Shown piece by piece: positions 50,903 to 64,000 of a stretch of DNA of 64,000 bases. Made by a program: the position numbers and the translations under genes. This DNA is from the human T2T-CHM13v2.0 reference genome, Homo sapiens, in assembly GCF_009914755.1 (NCBI RefSeq), contig NC_060934.1; one strand, 5' to 3'. The notes beneath the pieces were generated by a model. It did not search any database, was not told where the DNA came from, and saw only the letters and a program-made list of their open reading frames with translations. Numbering within the stretch: the stretch's first letter is position 1; each line of letters starts with the position of its first letter.

Positions 50903-52475
50903 TCATTTATATTTGTAGTTAGTAACATCACCATTTTTAAATGAGTGAACCCTGACCCCAAGAAGCTAAGTAACCTTATAAGTCATAGAATCAGTAAGTG
51001 GCAAAACCATAATTGAAACCTCTGGCTCATAACTTCTCACTTTTCCTACCAAATGACACAAGTGGCTACAACCTGAGTGGCCAGGCCTGAATGGGTAGCC
51101 AGTCTAGAACTGCCTTGGTCCCCAGCCCCACAGCACCTGGGACAAGACCCAGAGTGGCATCCTCCTCCTCCACAGCAGAGGAGACTACTTAGGCAATGAG
51201 ATGAAACTGGCACGTTTACCTGCCTCTGATTAAACAGAGTTTTTACTGGACAGCAGTTGTTGAAATAATTTGGGCTATAAATAAATAGGAACCGGGCTAG
51301 AATCTGAACCTGCTTACAAAGCTAGTCCTTTTCCATTTGAGTCATAACAAATCCAATCCACTCGGGGAAAAATTAGGAAACAAGGGGGAAAAGCTTTCAG
51401 TTTCTGTAGCATTTTAATGAAGGATTGATTGAGGTTTTATGCAGCAAGAAGGGCACAGCTGGGGAGTAATTGCCAAGAAAATTGAGGTGCAAGAGCCATT
51501 TACATAGAAGAATCAACTAAGGTTCCTCACCAGTGCTCAACTGAAAGCAGTAGCAATTGGACCAAATGACAAGCATCACAATCTCACTCTCTAGCACCCC
51601 ACCCTAGGAAACAAAGCCACCTTGTCACTGTCTCCTTCAAAAGTACCACAACCCAACCCAAGACAGGCAATGGCAATTCATGTGCATCCTCCACTCCCAA
51701 GCCTTCAGCAACCTAGATACTTTGTCTGGGGACCTTCTGAAGAGGAGGCTTTAGTTGACTTCTTCAAGATCACTTACTACCATAGACGATGGCTAAAGCA
51801 GGACTGAATTCCAGATGTTATGATCCTAGAGAGTCTCTCAATCAATGGTAGAACTCTCATGCACAATCTTCTTTGGTTGGGGGCAGAGGAGGGGTAACTT
51901 GGAGCAGGTGATAGTGTGGCTCCCGACAGGCTAGCCACTTTACAAGGATTCACCTTCTGTCCCTTCACTATGTATCAGAAGCTACACTTTATGGCCACGT
52001 TTTGTTTCCTCTTTTCTTCCTCTTCCTCTTTACTGTACCTCCATCCATCCTTTTATAGTGCCGCTTTCACCTTGGTGTGTGAACTTGCCGCTGACTTCCC
52101 AAATGAGTTCTGAGAACCGATTTCCTGTGCTTTGTGCTCTGTGATGGTTCAGGCCACTCATCACACCTCTCATGGAGATCTCTGGCACTTTGGTGGGCCC
52201 TACTTAGAAACCATCTTCCTCCTTGATCCTTCACTAACAAGTTCTATAATCTTAACCTCCCAGGGTCTCAGTTATACTACCTGCAAGATGGGCAGAAGAA
52301 TTCCAGCCTAGATCCCCACACAAATGTAGGAAATCCAAAGACAATAATATATAAGGGCTTGGAGAAAAGAATAAAACTCAGACTGCAGTGAGGTGAATAA
52401 TTCAGTGCATCCTCCTTATGCAGCTGGAGTTAATTCCAAGGAAGCACTTTGCAAATTCTCAGGTACTATGCATGT

Positions 52476-53080
<605 letters not shown>

Positions 53081-53329
53081 ACATTACAAGTCCACTCTAC
53101 ACACACATGTTCTTTACAAATGTGGATGAACCCTATCTCCTGCATGGAGTGGGCCGCACAGATTGTGGAGGAAGCTGTTTTCCTTCCCTGGCATCTTCTG
53201 TTCTTGGAAATCAATGAATGTCCTTCATTATTTTCCCCATAGTTCCTAAGAGGATACTTTCCTGCTTCTGAAACATTCACTATTTCTATAAAGTCAGTTT
53301 GTCTTCATTCTGTAAGCTCCTCAGCAACC

Positions 53330-53804
53330 CTCACTATTTGCCATGATGCTGGTCACCGGGCCTACAAGACATAGATCTTGTCTTTGAAAAGCCTGTGTTC
53401 CTAGGGAGAGAAACATCTGAAAAGTGAAAGAACATGAGAGCAAAATAGCATGCATACTGCATTAGAAGGTGCACCCTCATTCCGCACGGGTGTATCAGGG
53501 ACTGGCAGGGTCGGGGATGGCTTCCCTGGGAAGGTGCCTTTCAAGCTGGCCAGTGACTAAGGGGTCACTCATCCTCCAGGGAATGGGTGGATAGAGAGCA
53601 CTCTAGGCCACAAACAAAGCAGAGAATATACACTGCTGTAGGGTATGATCTGAGGGATATGGGAGATTTCAGGGGAAAGAGCTTACTTTAAGTTTTTTGA
53701 AGTGATAAAATATTTGAATTTTATCTTGGAAGAACTATGGATCCGTTAAAGGTCTCTCAGCGTAGGAATGAAATGAGCTGAATCTGCATGTTACGATGTT
53801 TCCT
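53330..53804 (-). mobile_element. L2 fragment
   Basis: aagacatagatcttgtctt...agggatggcttccctgggaaggtg...tttgaattttatcttg. Confidence 0.55.
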
Positions 53805-53812
53805 CTGTAGAG

Positions 53813-55654
53813 CCTAACCCCCTCCACTTGTGTTCCCAAGAGCCCCAGCATCACTCAGGAGCTTATAAGAAATGCAGAGTCCCAGGCCCCATTGCTAGAC
53901 CTCTTGAATAAGAATCTGCACTTTTCAAAAGTTTCATTTTCTAAATTACTATACAGTAAATTTAATTTTTTATTTTTGGTGTAAAGTTCTACGAATGTTA
54001 GTATATGTGTCAATTTGTATAGCCACCACCATAATCAAGATACAGAACAACTCTGCCCCAAAAACTATCTTGCATTATCCTTTATGATCACACCTATCAC
54101 CCCTACCCACTAATAACCACTAATCTGTCCTCTGTCACTACAGTTTTACCTATCCAAGGAAGTCACATAAATGAAATTGATATAATATGTAACCTATTAA
54201 CGCTGGCTTTTTTAATTGAGCAAAATGTTGTTGAGATTCATCCAAGTTGTTGCTTTTATCAATAGTTCATTCTTTTTTGCTACTGCATGTATTCATGGTA
54301 AGGATGTATCACAGTTGTTTTAGCCATTCACCCACTGAGATTCTTCCTAGTTTTGGGTAATTATGAATAGAGATGCTACAAACATGTATATGAATGTTTT
54401 TTCTGTAAACTTAAGTTTTCATTTCCCTAGGGTAAATATCTAGACATTGAATTTCTGGTAATATGCTAAGTATATGCTTAATTTTATAAGAAAACTTCTA
54501 AACTGTTTTCCTGAATAGCGACATTGTTTTGCATTCCCATTAGTAATGTCTGAGAGTTCCAGTTGCCCCCCATCCTCATCACTACTTGGTATTGTTGGTA
54601 TTTTTATTTCAGCCATTATAATAGGTGTGTTCACATCTCATCATTGCTTACACTTGCATTTCCCTAATGGCTAAAGATGCTGATGTTCTTTTTCTGAGCT
54701 TATTTGCCATCCAAATATCCTCTTTGATCATGTGTCTATTCAAGTCTTTTGCCCATTTTCCAGTTGGGTAGCTTGTTCTCTTCCTGTTGAATTTTGAGAG
54801 TTCTTTATATATCCTGGCTATAAAGCCTTCTGTAATATATGTGATTTTTAAGTATTCTCTCCCATTATGTAGCTTATCTTTTCATTCTCATAATAGTATC
54901 TTTCACAGAATAATAGTTTCTAATTTTGACGTGTCTAAGTGATCCATTTTTCTTTTGTGAATCATCTTTTTGGGGTCATGTCTAACTTACCTAAGTTCAG
55001 ATCAGAAAGATTTTCTCCTATGTGTTTTTATCAAAGCTTTATAGTTTTACACTTATATCTGTGATCCACTTTGAGTCAATTTTTGTATAAGACATGAAGT
55101 TTAGGTTGAGCTTTTTGTTTTGTTTTGTTTCATTTGCCCTTGGATGTCCAATTGTTCCAAGACCATTGTAGAAAAGACTCCTTCTCCATTGAATTGTCTT
55201 TGTACCTCTATCAAAGCAATTGACCATATTTGTTGTAGGTCTATTTTTGGACTCTAGTCTACTCCATTGATCTATGTGTCTATCCCTTTGCCAATATGAC
55301 ACTGTCTTGATTACTATAGCTTTATAGCAAGTGTTAAAATCAGGTAGGGCGATTGGTGATTTCTTCAAATATACACTTCTTTTTCAAAATTATTTTACCT
55401 ATTCTAGTTGCTTTGCCTTTTCACATAAATTTTAGAAATTGGTTTGTTTATATCTGCAAACAGTCCTGCTTAGATTTTGGTTGGAGTTACATTAAATCTG
55501 TAGAGAAATCTGGGGGTGAGCTGGCACCATTACTAGGATGAGTCTTCCAGTCCATGAACATGGTATGTCTTGCCATTTCTCTAGGTCCTCAGAATCTGCA
55601 TCTTAACAAGAATCCCAGGTAATTTCCCTGTACATTAGAGTCTGGGAAGCACAG
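53813..55654. mobile_element. MER5A split by an L1 insertion (halves about 53813-53924 and 55601-55654)
   Basis: gagcttataagaaatgcagagtcccaggcccc...agaatctgca [L1] agaatctgcatcttaacaag...gggaagcacag; outer TSD ctgtagag/ctctagag. Confidence 0.8.
53925..55590 (-). mobile_element. L1M (L1MC-like) 3' portion, about 1.67 kb
   Basis: ORF2 remnant LPDFNTCYKAIVIKTVSYWQRDRHIDQWSRLES (55039-55368) plus L1MC-type 3' UTR; TSD agaatctgca. Confidence 0.9.
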
Positions 55655-55674
55655 CTCTAGAGTGGAAATGACAG

Positions 55675-55825
55675 TGAAGTCATCTGGGAGGATTTACAAA
55701 ATATGGAAGCCTAGACCTCACTCAGACCAACTGAATAAGAATCTCTGAAGGGGGACCTAGGTGCTGGAATTTTTTCTATGTCTTGTAGGTGATTCTAACT
55801 GGCAGCCATGTGTGAACCTCTACTC
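55675..55825. mobile_element. MER5B-like
   Basis: agaccaactgaataagaatctctg...aggtgattctaa. Confidence 0.65.
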
Positions 55826-57124
55826 TAAACCCAGTCTGGGCTCTTGTGGCTCTGGCCCTATGCTCATTAAATCAATCTGATTAAGGCCATCAGTTCATTC
55901 CTTTTCAACCCTAGATGTATATTGGAATCCTTTGAGGATAGAGGTTACTTCAATGAGAATTTTCAAGAAAAAATTCTAGTTGACAGATTCACCAAACTTC
56001 CTCTGAGGCCCCACCTATATTTGAGGATTACCTTTCCCTGCCCAACCCCAGGAGCTAGAACAACATTCCAGAAGTTTTAACTCTCAACTCTAAAAACCTG
56101 CTCTCTTTTTGGAAGTCTCTCTGCAAGTTACTGAGGCAGGAGGAGACAGAGGAGAGAGGGAACATGTGTGCACACAAGAGAAATGTCCAATTGAATGAGT
56201 CTGATCAATAAGATCTATGACTCAAAAATACTTGCTTCATGGCAAGGGAACATCTTTTGCTTTCATATCCATCTCACATACCTGCTGAGTCAAGGAAACA
56301 GCTCCATATTTAGGAGAAAAATCCTCTTCTAATCTCTAAATGCAATCGAAGGTTTTCTATGTCTTTTTCTGTGGCTCCTTGAAAATGTTAAAGGCATGTC
56401 TCAGCTACAGCAAGGTGGGGCATGACATATTGCCCCCCAAAATATGAACCAATTGAATGTCGTCTGAAGTCAGCTCTGTTTCTGTTATCTTTTAATGGAT
56501 TTTAGGTAAAGAAGTGTTGATGTAGATAAAATAGATATAAAACCAAATTCTTCTGCTTTGGATGTGCACCAACCCCAGCAGGCTAAAAATAGATTCAACT
56601 GCATCAATAATATTTCTCTTTAAAGTTGCAGGTCCTTTGGGGGTTTGGAAACATTCAGAGAGGATAAAAGGGGAGAAAGATATGAAAACAGCAGAAGCTG
56701 CAGTCTAAGCCTCCAGGTGGGGGCCTTGGGGACAGCCATGCTGGAATGCCTGATTTTTACATGTCCAAGTACCTATTTCCTACCAAAAAAAAAGCCCTTC
56801 CACATATGATAAGAACACATCTTTTCTTGCAGGGCTGTCAAGTTCATTCTAAACACCCCTGCCGCTGCCTGTTTGAGATTGATGCCTCTCCAATCTCTAG
56901 CTCTTTGTTTGAAATTAAACATCCAAAGACCTTTAGAATAAAAAAAGTCAACATACAAATGAAATGCATTTCAACATGCATCTCAACTGCAGAACCACAG
57001 CATGTTGAGACTGGACCAAGCAAACCCTGAAGAAGTTTCCCCTCTTGCTCCTCTGTGGTAGATGACCTATCCAAGTTCACACAACAGGTAACATGGAGCA
57101 TGTGGAGAGACTCAGCATAGGCCA

Positions 57125-57325
57125 GTGCAGTAGCGGGGTCTACTGGAAAAGACTTGGCCTTTGAAGTCTCATTCCAATCCCAGCCTTGCATTGACCAACT
57201 CTGTGACCTTGACCTTGAAAAAGTAGAGTCACAGTGCCCTCTACTTCACAGGGTTGTTTGGAGAATTACTGAAAATGTGCACAAAATACCTGATACACAG
57301 TGGGGCACTCAGCTAACACCAGTCA
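57125..57325 (+). mobile_element. MIR
   Basis: ctgtgaccttg...cttcacagggttgtttggagaatt. Confidence 0.6.
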
Positions 57326-57849
57326 TTCCTGTAATCCAGGTCTCCCAACTTCTAGTCCAGTGCTCTTTGCACAACAACACCATATGAAGACTCTGAGCTA
57401 TCCAAATAAGTGCACTTGAACCACAGGTTAAATCCCCTTCCTCTCATCAGAAATACAGGCTAGCACTGCCCAGCGTTCTTTAAAGACAGCCAGGAAAACA
57501 AACCAAATTCATACTACTTACCCAACACTGAACGAGACACGCTGGCTCCCTTTCCTTTATTTTGTTTCCCTTCTATTTGTCCTGGGTTTGTGGTTCTCGG
57601 GCAAGGTGAACTCTGCTCAGTATGATATGTGACCCCTGGCCACAGTTGCATATGGCCCTGCCTCAGTTGCTGCCTGCTCCTTACTTGATTCTCCAGGTCC
57701 ACACTCCTTTCCTGTGCCATCTTCCCCTGTGGCACCTGTGTGTAGGAATCTTCAACAGCTGCACCGCCAACAGAGAAGCCACAAGCTGGAGCCCCACAAG
57801 TTTCCCCCCAGGCCCCATGCATGGGTCAGCAGTCTTGACCCCTGGGCTG

Positions 57850-58086
57850 ATTTTAATATTTTAATTAAATTGACAACATGTAAAAAATCTGGAGATTTCA
57901 CAACAATGCAGATTTCTGACTTCTTTTGACAAATTACAAACTGGCCAAATGTCCACAGCTGGCCAGAGCTGTGAGGCAGCTGCTCCCTTCATCTGGAAAG
58001 ACTCTTGCTCCACTGGTCAAAGTCCCCACCGGTCCCCTCATTGCAACCTCACCATTCCCTATCAACCTCTGAGTTTTCCACCCCTG
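57850..58086. mobile_element. MER102-like hAT-Charlie remnant
   Basis: aaaaatctggagatttcac...gatttctgacttct...agtccccacc...tgagttttccacccctg. Confidence 0.6.
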
Positions 58087-61000
58087 TTATGATATGCACT
58101 TCCAGTTCTCCAGCTGGACACTCAAGATGTGTCACCACATGGCCCACTGCACTTATTCAATCTCTTCTCCTGGGAACCCTGGAAAATCTCTCTGCTTCTA
58201 GGCTCTGCTGGGAGCAATTCCCCTCCTACAATGTCCTCCTTGCTCTTTTATTTATCCAACCCAATCAAGAGTATCTCTGCTTAAAAAATTCTTGCTGACC
58301 ACCCAAGCCACAAAGAGCTCTCCTTTCCTTAAAGCATGGAGTCAACAGTTATCTTACCTACCTTCACATAGTTGGTTCTTCCTGTTTGCACATCCTGTTT
58401 CCCTAGCTAAATTGTAAACTTCTTGAGTTCACATTTGTTTGCCTTCCCCAGAAGGCAGCCACAGACTTTCCAAAGGGAAAGTTCTGAACAAAGATTAATT
58501 GTTTGGTCAGGAGCTATCAACCATATCATCACTCAGTGCAAGACCAGTCTCTCCAGCCTCTTTTGCCTCCACTCCACTTCCCTTGTTCCCCTCTCAAATC
58601 CACCCAAACCCCCATCCTCCTGGAATCACTCCAAAAGGACTAGAATTTGTTTCCTGTTTTGCCCACGATTGTTCCCATCGCTGCCACTCCCCAGGGCTAA
58701 ACACAGAACCTGCCACATAACAAAAGCTCAGCATATGCACATTAAATGGAAAGTGCCTTACTTTTTAGTCCCTATATCTTAACATCTGCAGTTCACCAGG
58801 CTGACCATGCCCTTCTCCCTTTTCACCAACAGATCTACGGGTCTTGGAAATCCCAGTTCAGTGTTCCTCTCTCAATCTTTTTCTCTTCCTTTACTCAGCC
58901 AAGTCACTCCTCTCTCTAGGCGCCGCAGTCCTTTGCTCTTGCCTGCCACAGCCATTGCCAAATGTTGGTGCAATTGTTTGCCCACACCTGTTTTTCCCTT
59001 GGATGCCAAGGTCTTCCGGATCCAGGATTGTGTGATCTTCTTCCATGCGCTTGCCTGGTTCCCCAAGTCATAACTGGACATAATTAGTCTGGTGGAGAAG
59101 GCAGGTATTATGGCCCTCATTTTTCCAATGAGAAAATGGAAGCAAGGCACCAGGCTCCCTGCATGCAGCAGAGAGATGGAAGAGGAAGAGAGGAGCAGCT
59201 TGGGTGAGAAGACTTGGTTCTATTAGCAGGGGTCAAGCAATGGAATGGAAATGTGTCATGTCCTTTCAAGGTCATCTGTGGAGCAATGTTTAACAGCCTG
59301 CCCAAGAAATATTTAATTACCTAGAGGAAAGTAAGTACCTTTGTTGACTTGATATTTGCTACCAACTAAATAGCCAGATTATGTGAAGTTACACATTAAT
59401 GTGTAGGATTTTGCCTAGTAGAAATACAAATGTTTTCTGTTCAGGAGAAAAGATAATCTCAAAGTTTATTAATTGACTCCCGTGTAGGACATTAACCAGT
59501 TTTGTTTCTAATTTAGCAATCTCATTCCAACACTCTTCCTCCAGTGCCTATGTAAACTCATGCTGCCATCTTGTTGGTTTCCTCATTAATGAGCTAAATG
59601 CATTTTTGACATGTCCACATTCTAGATTTGTATGAGTCACAATTTTAACTTTTTGAAAATTATACTTTGCCACCCAGGTGCCACCAACTCTGGGAGTGTG
59701 AGCAAGTCCCTCCCTCCCCTCTTCTGGACTCAGTTTCTTCAACAGTAACATGAGGGCGTAGGTCTGCATGGGAAATTACAAGCCCCAGGAATATTTGATT
59801 TTAAGCCTGAATCTTAAAAAGAATAATTTCCTCATAGGGTTGAACATCTTACGGAGTTATTTTCCAAAATAACAACAATAATGGGACAGTGCTTCATACC
59901 TGGGGCTAAGTATTTTAATTCTCACATAATGAGATGGGGCTATTGTTCCTAGCTCTATTACAGGTGAGGTTAAGAAAGCTGAAACAGTATTTTTTTTAAC
60001 GAGGAGACACTATGTTTGTCCTTCCACTCATGTTTCCTTCCATTCTTCTTTTCACCTGTCTGGTCATCCATGTTTCCAGTCATCCATCCCACTGATGCAA
60101 AAAGAAGGTGGTTTCCATTTTCACTCTGGATCTATCTAATTGACTATTTAATTGATGTGGACTTTAGTAGAGGCAGTGATTGCTTCCAGTTGGTGGGCCC
60201 AGGAAGACTGTGAAAAAGGTACCACTTTCAGCTTGACCCTGAAGGTTCAAGCAGAATTATTTAGGGATAGGTTGAAGAAGCATCTTTGCCTGAAGGAACC
60301 ATGGCAGGGACACCAGAAGACAAAGGAGGGAGACATGCACAGTGACCAGTGGGTGGTCATGGCTGTGGGAAGGGTGGATAATGGGAGATGAGATGAAAAA
60401 GATTGATTGGTCTTGGCATATGTCAATGGCTGATTGAGAATCTTAAGTTTCCTTGATCTGAAGCCCTGTCCACAATCACCCAGACTCTGAGTACTTCATG
60501 TGGTAGTAAGAGGCAGAGACAAACCCTTCCCCAGGTGCCCTGATCTGGCCAAGCCTGGGCGCTCTGACTACCAGAGTCCTGAACTCTTAGAAGGGAGAGC
60601 TGCAAACAACCATGGCGGGAATCTACTCCAGCCTCCCTTCCCGAACATGTGGGCCTGAGCTAATTTAAGCTAGTCTGAGCTCACTTTGCAAGCAGTTGTC
60701 ACAAGGTGCTACATCAAAAGACTCCCAAGGCCCAAATATTTAACAACCAGAACACTCCCTCCATCCATCAGTTTGGTAATTCTATCCACACAAAAAAACT
60801 ATTGGGGTTTCATTTCTGGCCTGCTCATTTCTTATAAACATGCCAGGGCCATTTACAGCTCACAACTCACTGCTCTCTAAACATTTACACATTTCTCCCT
60901 CTTAACACATCCTTGGCTATTTGATTAAGTAGTAGATCACAGGGGATGGAAGGCAAGGCCTTGGCATCTTTGGGTTTTCTCCAAACCTATCTTGACATGG

Positions 61001-61674
61001 GTTCAATGCCAGCCTCCCCTTCCAGTAAACACAAGGATTATTGCACTCCTGGGCACAGACTTGCTGATGCCTTGGTCTTTTCTATCCCTTCTCTTGCAGT
61101 TTCTTTAGGTAGGAGGGAATACAAACCCCAAAAACAAACAGACATGAGTCCATTTTACCAGCTGGGTTTAATGGGAAAGCTGGTAGGGTTCCCCATGACC
61201 CCTAGGACTGAATGAGTGCCCACATTTCACAACACCCTGATTCCAGACAGGAAGCTTGGAGAAGTATCTATATTTGGGGGAAGGAAGCTGCCCCAGACAC
61301 AGCTTCCTGGACTGTTAGCAAAGGAATCTCACACAAGGCCTAAACCAGTTTCCATACAACTTCCTTGCCTTTTGGGAAGGTGCAATCTCACAGGACTGGT
61401 GGGACTTACCCAATGCAGTCATCCAAAAACACAGTTATGGCCAACACCTAAGTGCTGAGAAAAGTCAAGAGGAAGAGGAAGCCCCAAGGGCAGAGAAAGT
61501 GGTGAAGGTCACAGAAAAGGCATGGAGCTGTGGCACCATTGGCGGGGGATAGCTAGAGTCCAGGCACAGAGCTAAAACTGGGTATGAGCAAGGGTAGGAG
61601 AGGGGACACTGCTGAACACCCACAATGGTCCTGCTCCTGTTGGCTCTGCCTTCAATCTCAAAGGCAATTATGAA

Positions 61675-61880
61675 TAAAGGAAAGCACACTGCCTTCAGAG
61701 TCCGACCTAAGTTTGAATCCTGGCATCTTTCCCAGCTGGCCGTATTACCCCTAGGAGCTACTCAACACTTCAGAACCTCACTTTCTTCTTCAGCAAAACA
61801 GAGGTGCAGGTATATATCTCCTAGGAGTGACAAGGGAATTCACGCGGCTGTTAATGACCTGGTGCCTGCCTGGGGCTACC
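61675..61880 (+). mobile_element. MIR
   Basis: gacctaagtttgaatcctggc...cagaacctcactttcttcttcagcaaaa. Confidence 0.6.
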
Positions 61881-62028
61881 AAGCAGCCACCACAAGAGTC
61901 CTCCATAATAGCATCCACCGCACTGCAGTCAGGGCAACAGCACTGCAAGCACTTCATGGACAGAGACCAAGCCTTTCCAACTTGATCTGCCATGTTTCAA
62001 CACAGTGCCTCAGCCATTGAGAAAATCC

Positions 62029-62402
62029 TGTGACAGGCACAGACCCCCTTCAAGAAGGACTTGCTGCTCAGCTCGTGAGAGGGTTGTCAGCAGCTTCTTC
62101 AGGGCTTGCTCAGTTGCAGAGGGCTACCTGGCCAGAGGTCATGCCCTTCAGGGGCAGCCCACCTCCTCTGAGTGATGGGAGTGATGGAATAAAGGCCCAT
62201 GTCAGCCCATCCCAGCACTCATTCCAGCACAATGCTGGCAGGCCATCTTGGTGCTCTTGGGGCTGGCTGTGGCTGCATCCAGCCTGCATCACGACTCAAC
62301 CTCTGCACAGTCCTGCTGCCTTCCCCTCCTCCCGTGGGTATGAGCCTCCAGCACACTCAACTTCGTGTCAGAGCTTACCTTCCAAGAACCCTACCTGCAA
62401 TG
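62029..62402 (+). mobile_element. LTR16C-like solo LTR (ERVL)
   Basis: cagacccccttca...aggtcatgcccttcaggggcagcccac...ataaaggccc...cagagcttaccttccaagaaccctacctgca. Confidence 0.75.
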
Positions 62403-63026
62403 AACTTGGTATTTGTTGATGAGTAAATGTCTGAAACAAGATCCCCAATCTTCTAAATCCAGAGTTAAAACTCAGACAGGCCACGGTCCTTGGTCATTCT
62501 AGGTCCAAGAGGCTCTTGCTGCTGGCATGGCCAAGAGATACAGGTAAGTAAAACAGTATACTGTGGTGCTATGACCACCCAGGGGGCTGCCGTGTCCCAC
62601 TCAGGAAAATCAGGTACCTAGTTGGCTTCCAAAAGAGGCTGGGGAAATTTTAAGTTGAGGTTGGGCTCTGTAGACCTTCTCCACCACTAAAGCCCCCAGG
62701 TTTATCATTTCCCGGGAGAATAGGTCCTGGGGGAGAGGGGGAGATAACAATGGAACACACCAAAAGGGAACCCTGTAATGGAACAGTGCCCACTAATGTT
62801 TATTTTATCCCAGGAGTCACAGAAGGCCTGGAATGGCTGCGATGGAGATAAAGGATGAAGGGTAGTCCCCTCAGGGTGTTATCCAAAAAGTCACCTTGGA
62901 AGAGGAAGAAACTCCTACCAATATCAGAAGAGCAACAAACATTTTTTTTTCTAGAAGATAAGTGGCTAATTTCAAAATAATTATTTTATCAACTGCCACA
63001 TAAGTTTTTTTTTTTTTAATTCATTA

Positions 63027-63387
<361 letters not shown>

Positions 63388-64000
63388 AAAATGAAATGCT
63401 TCCCTTTTCAAATGAGGAGTGGGAACACTTAGATTACAGTGCTAAGTTCTTTTTGTCTGTGAGGTAAGGAGAAGAGCCTGCGCCTAGGTGACCTTGGCCT
63501 GGTCAGAGATGCTGGGACAGCCTGGACGTGGGAAAGAAGGGATCTACGCAGGTCTGTCCACAGCACATTCCAGGGCAGCTTCCTCCTGGGCTGCTTCTGT
63601 GCCAGAACCTGCTGGCCTCAGGAGCCCCAGCTCACCTTTCACTGACCTTCAGCCCACAGGAGAACAGCATTTCCTACCTCCCCCACCTGCTGACAAGGCC
63701 TCTCTCTTTCCCACGCCAAGGACAAAGATGACCTCTGGGGGATTCCTTTTAGCTGGCTCATAAAAGGAAGAGAGATGGGCCAAAGAGAAAGAGCTGCTGG
63801 GTCCTTCCCCAACTAGAACATGGGAAATGATGATTTTCCAGTAGGGAAGTGGTGGCCAGGCAGGCAGGCGTCGACTAGATGGGTCCCTCTGGGGTGTGGT
63901 GGAAATGACCTCAACTTCAAAGAGACAGACTTCCAGAGAAGGCTGGCATTAGCATCCTGATCTGCTCTACTGAGAATCCCAAGGGTTTTGCGGAACTCTT

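Overview
Primate (most likely human) genomic DNA that is CpG-depleted and essentially non-coding (intronic or intergenic). I recognise no protein-coding gene, RNA gene or CpG island. The only ORFs with recognisable homology are LINE-1 ORF2 remnants; the rest derive from Alu, LTR or microsatellite sequence or look like chance ORFs. The window is dominated by interspersed repeats: about 9 full or near-full Alus plus 2 free Alu monomers, a 5'-truncated L1PA with a 14-bp TSD, an L1M nested in MER5A, several solo MaLR/ERVL LTRs (THE1A, MLT1A0, MLT1I/J/K, LTR16C), hAT-Charlie MITEs and an unusually high density of MIR and L2 fragments. The repeat-free islands between them look regulatory: a near-consensus REST/RE1 site at 14970-14990, CTCF- and YY1-like motifs, homeodomain-rich blocks and a CpG-retaining patch at about 45.6-45.9 kb. 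This hints at the neighbourhood of a neuronal or developmental gene (inference). I found no convincing previously undescribed biological system. The best leads are the RE1 site, an unexplained exact 23-bp dispersed repeat, a few candidate unannotated exons and some odd TE structures. Repeat subfamily names come from remembered consensus sequences, and boundaries of old repeats are approximate.
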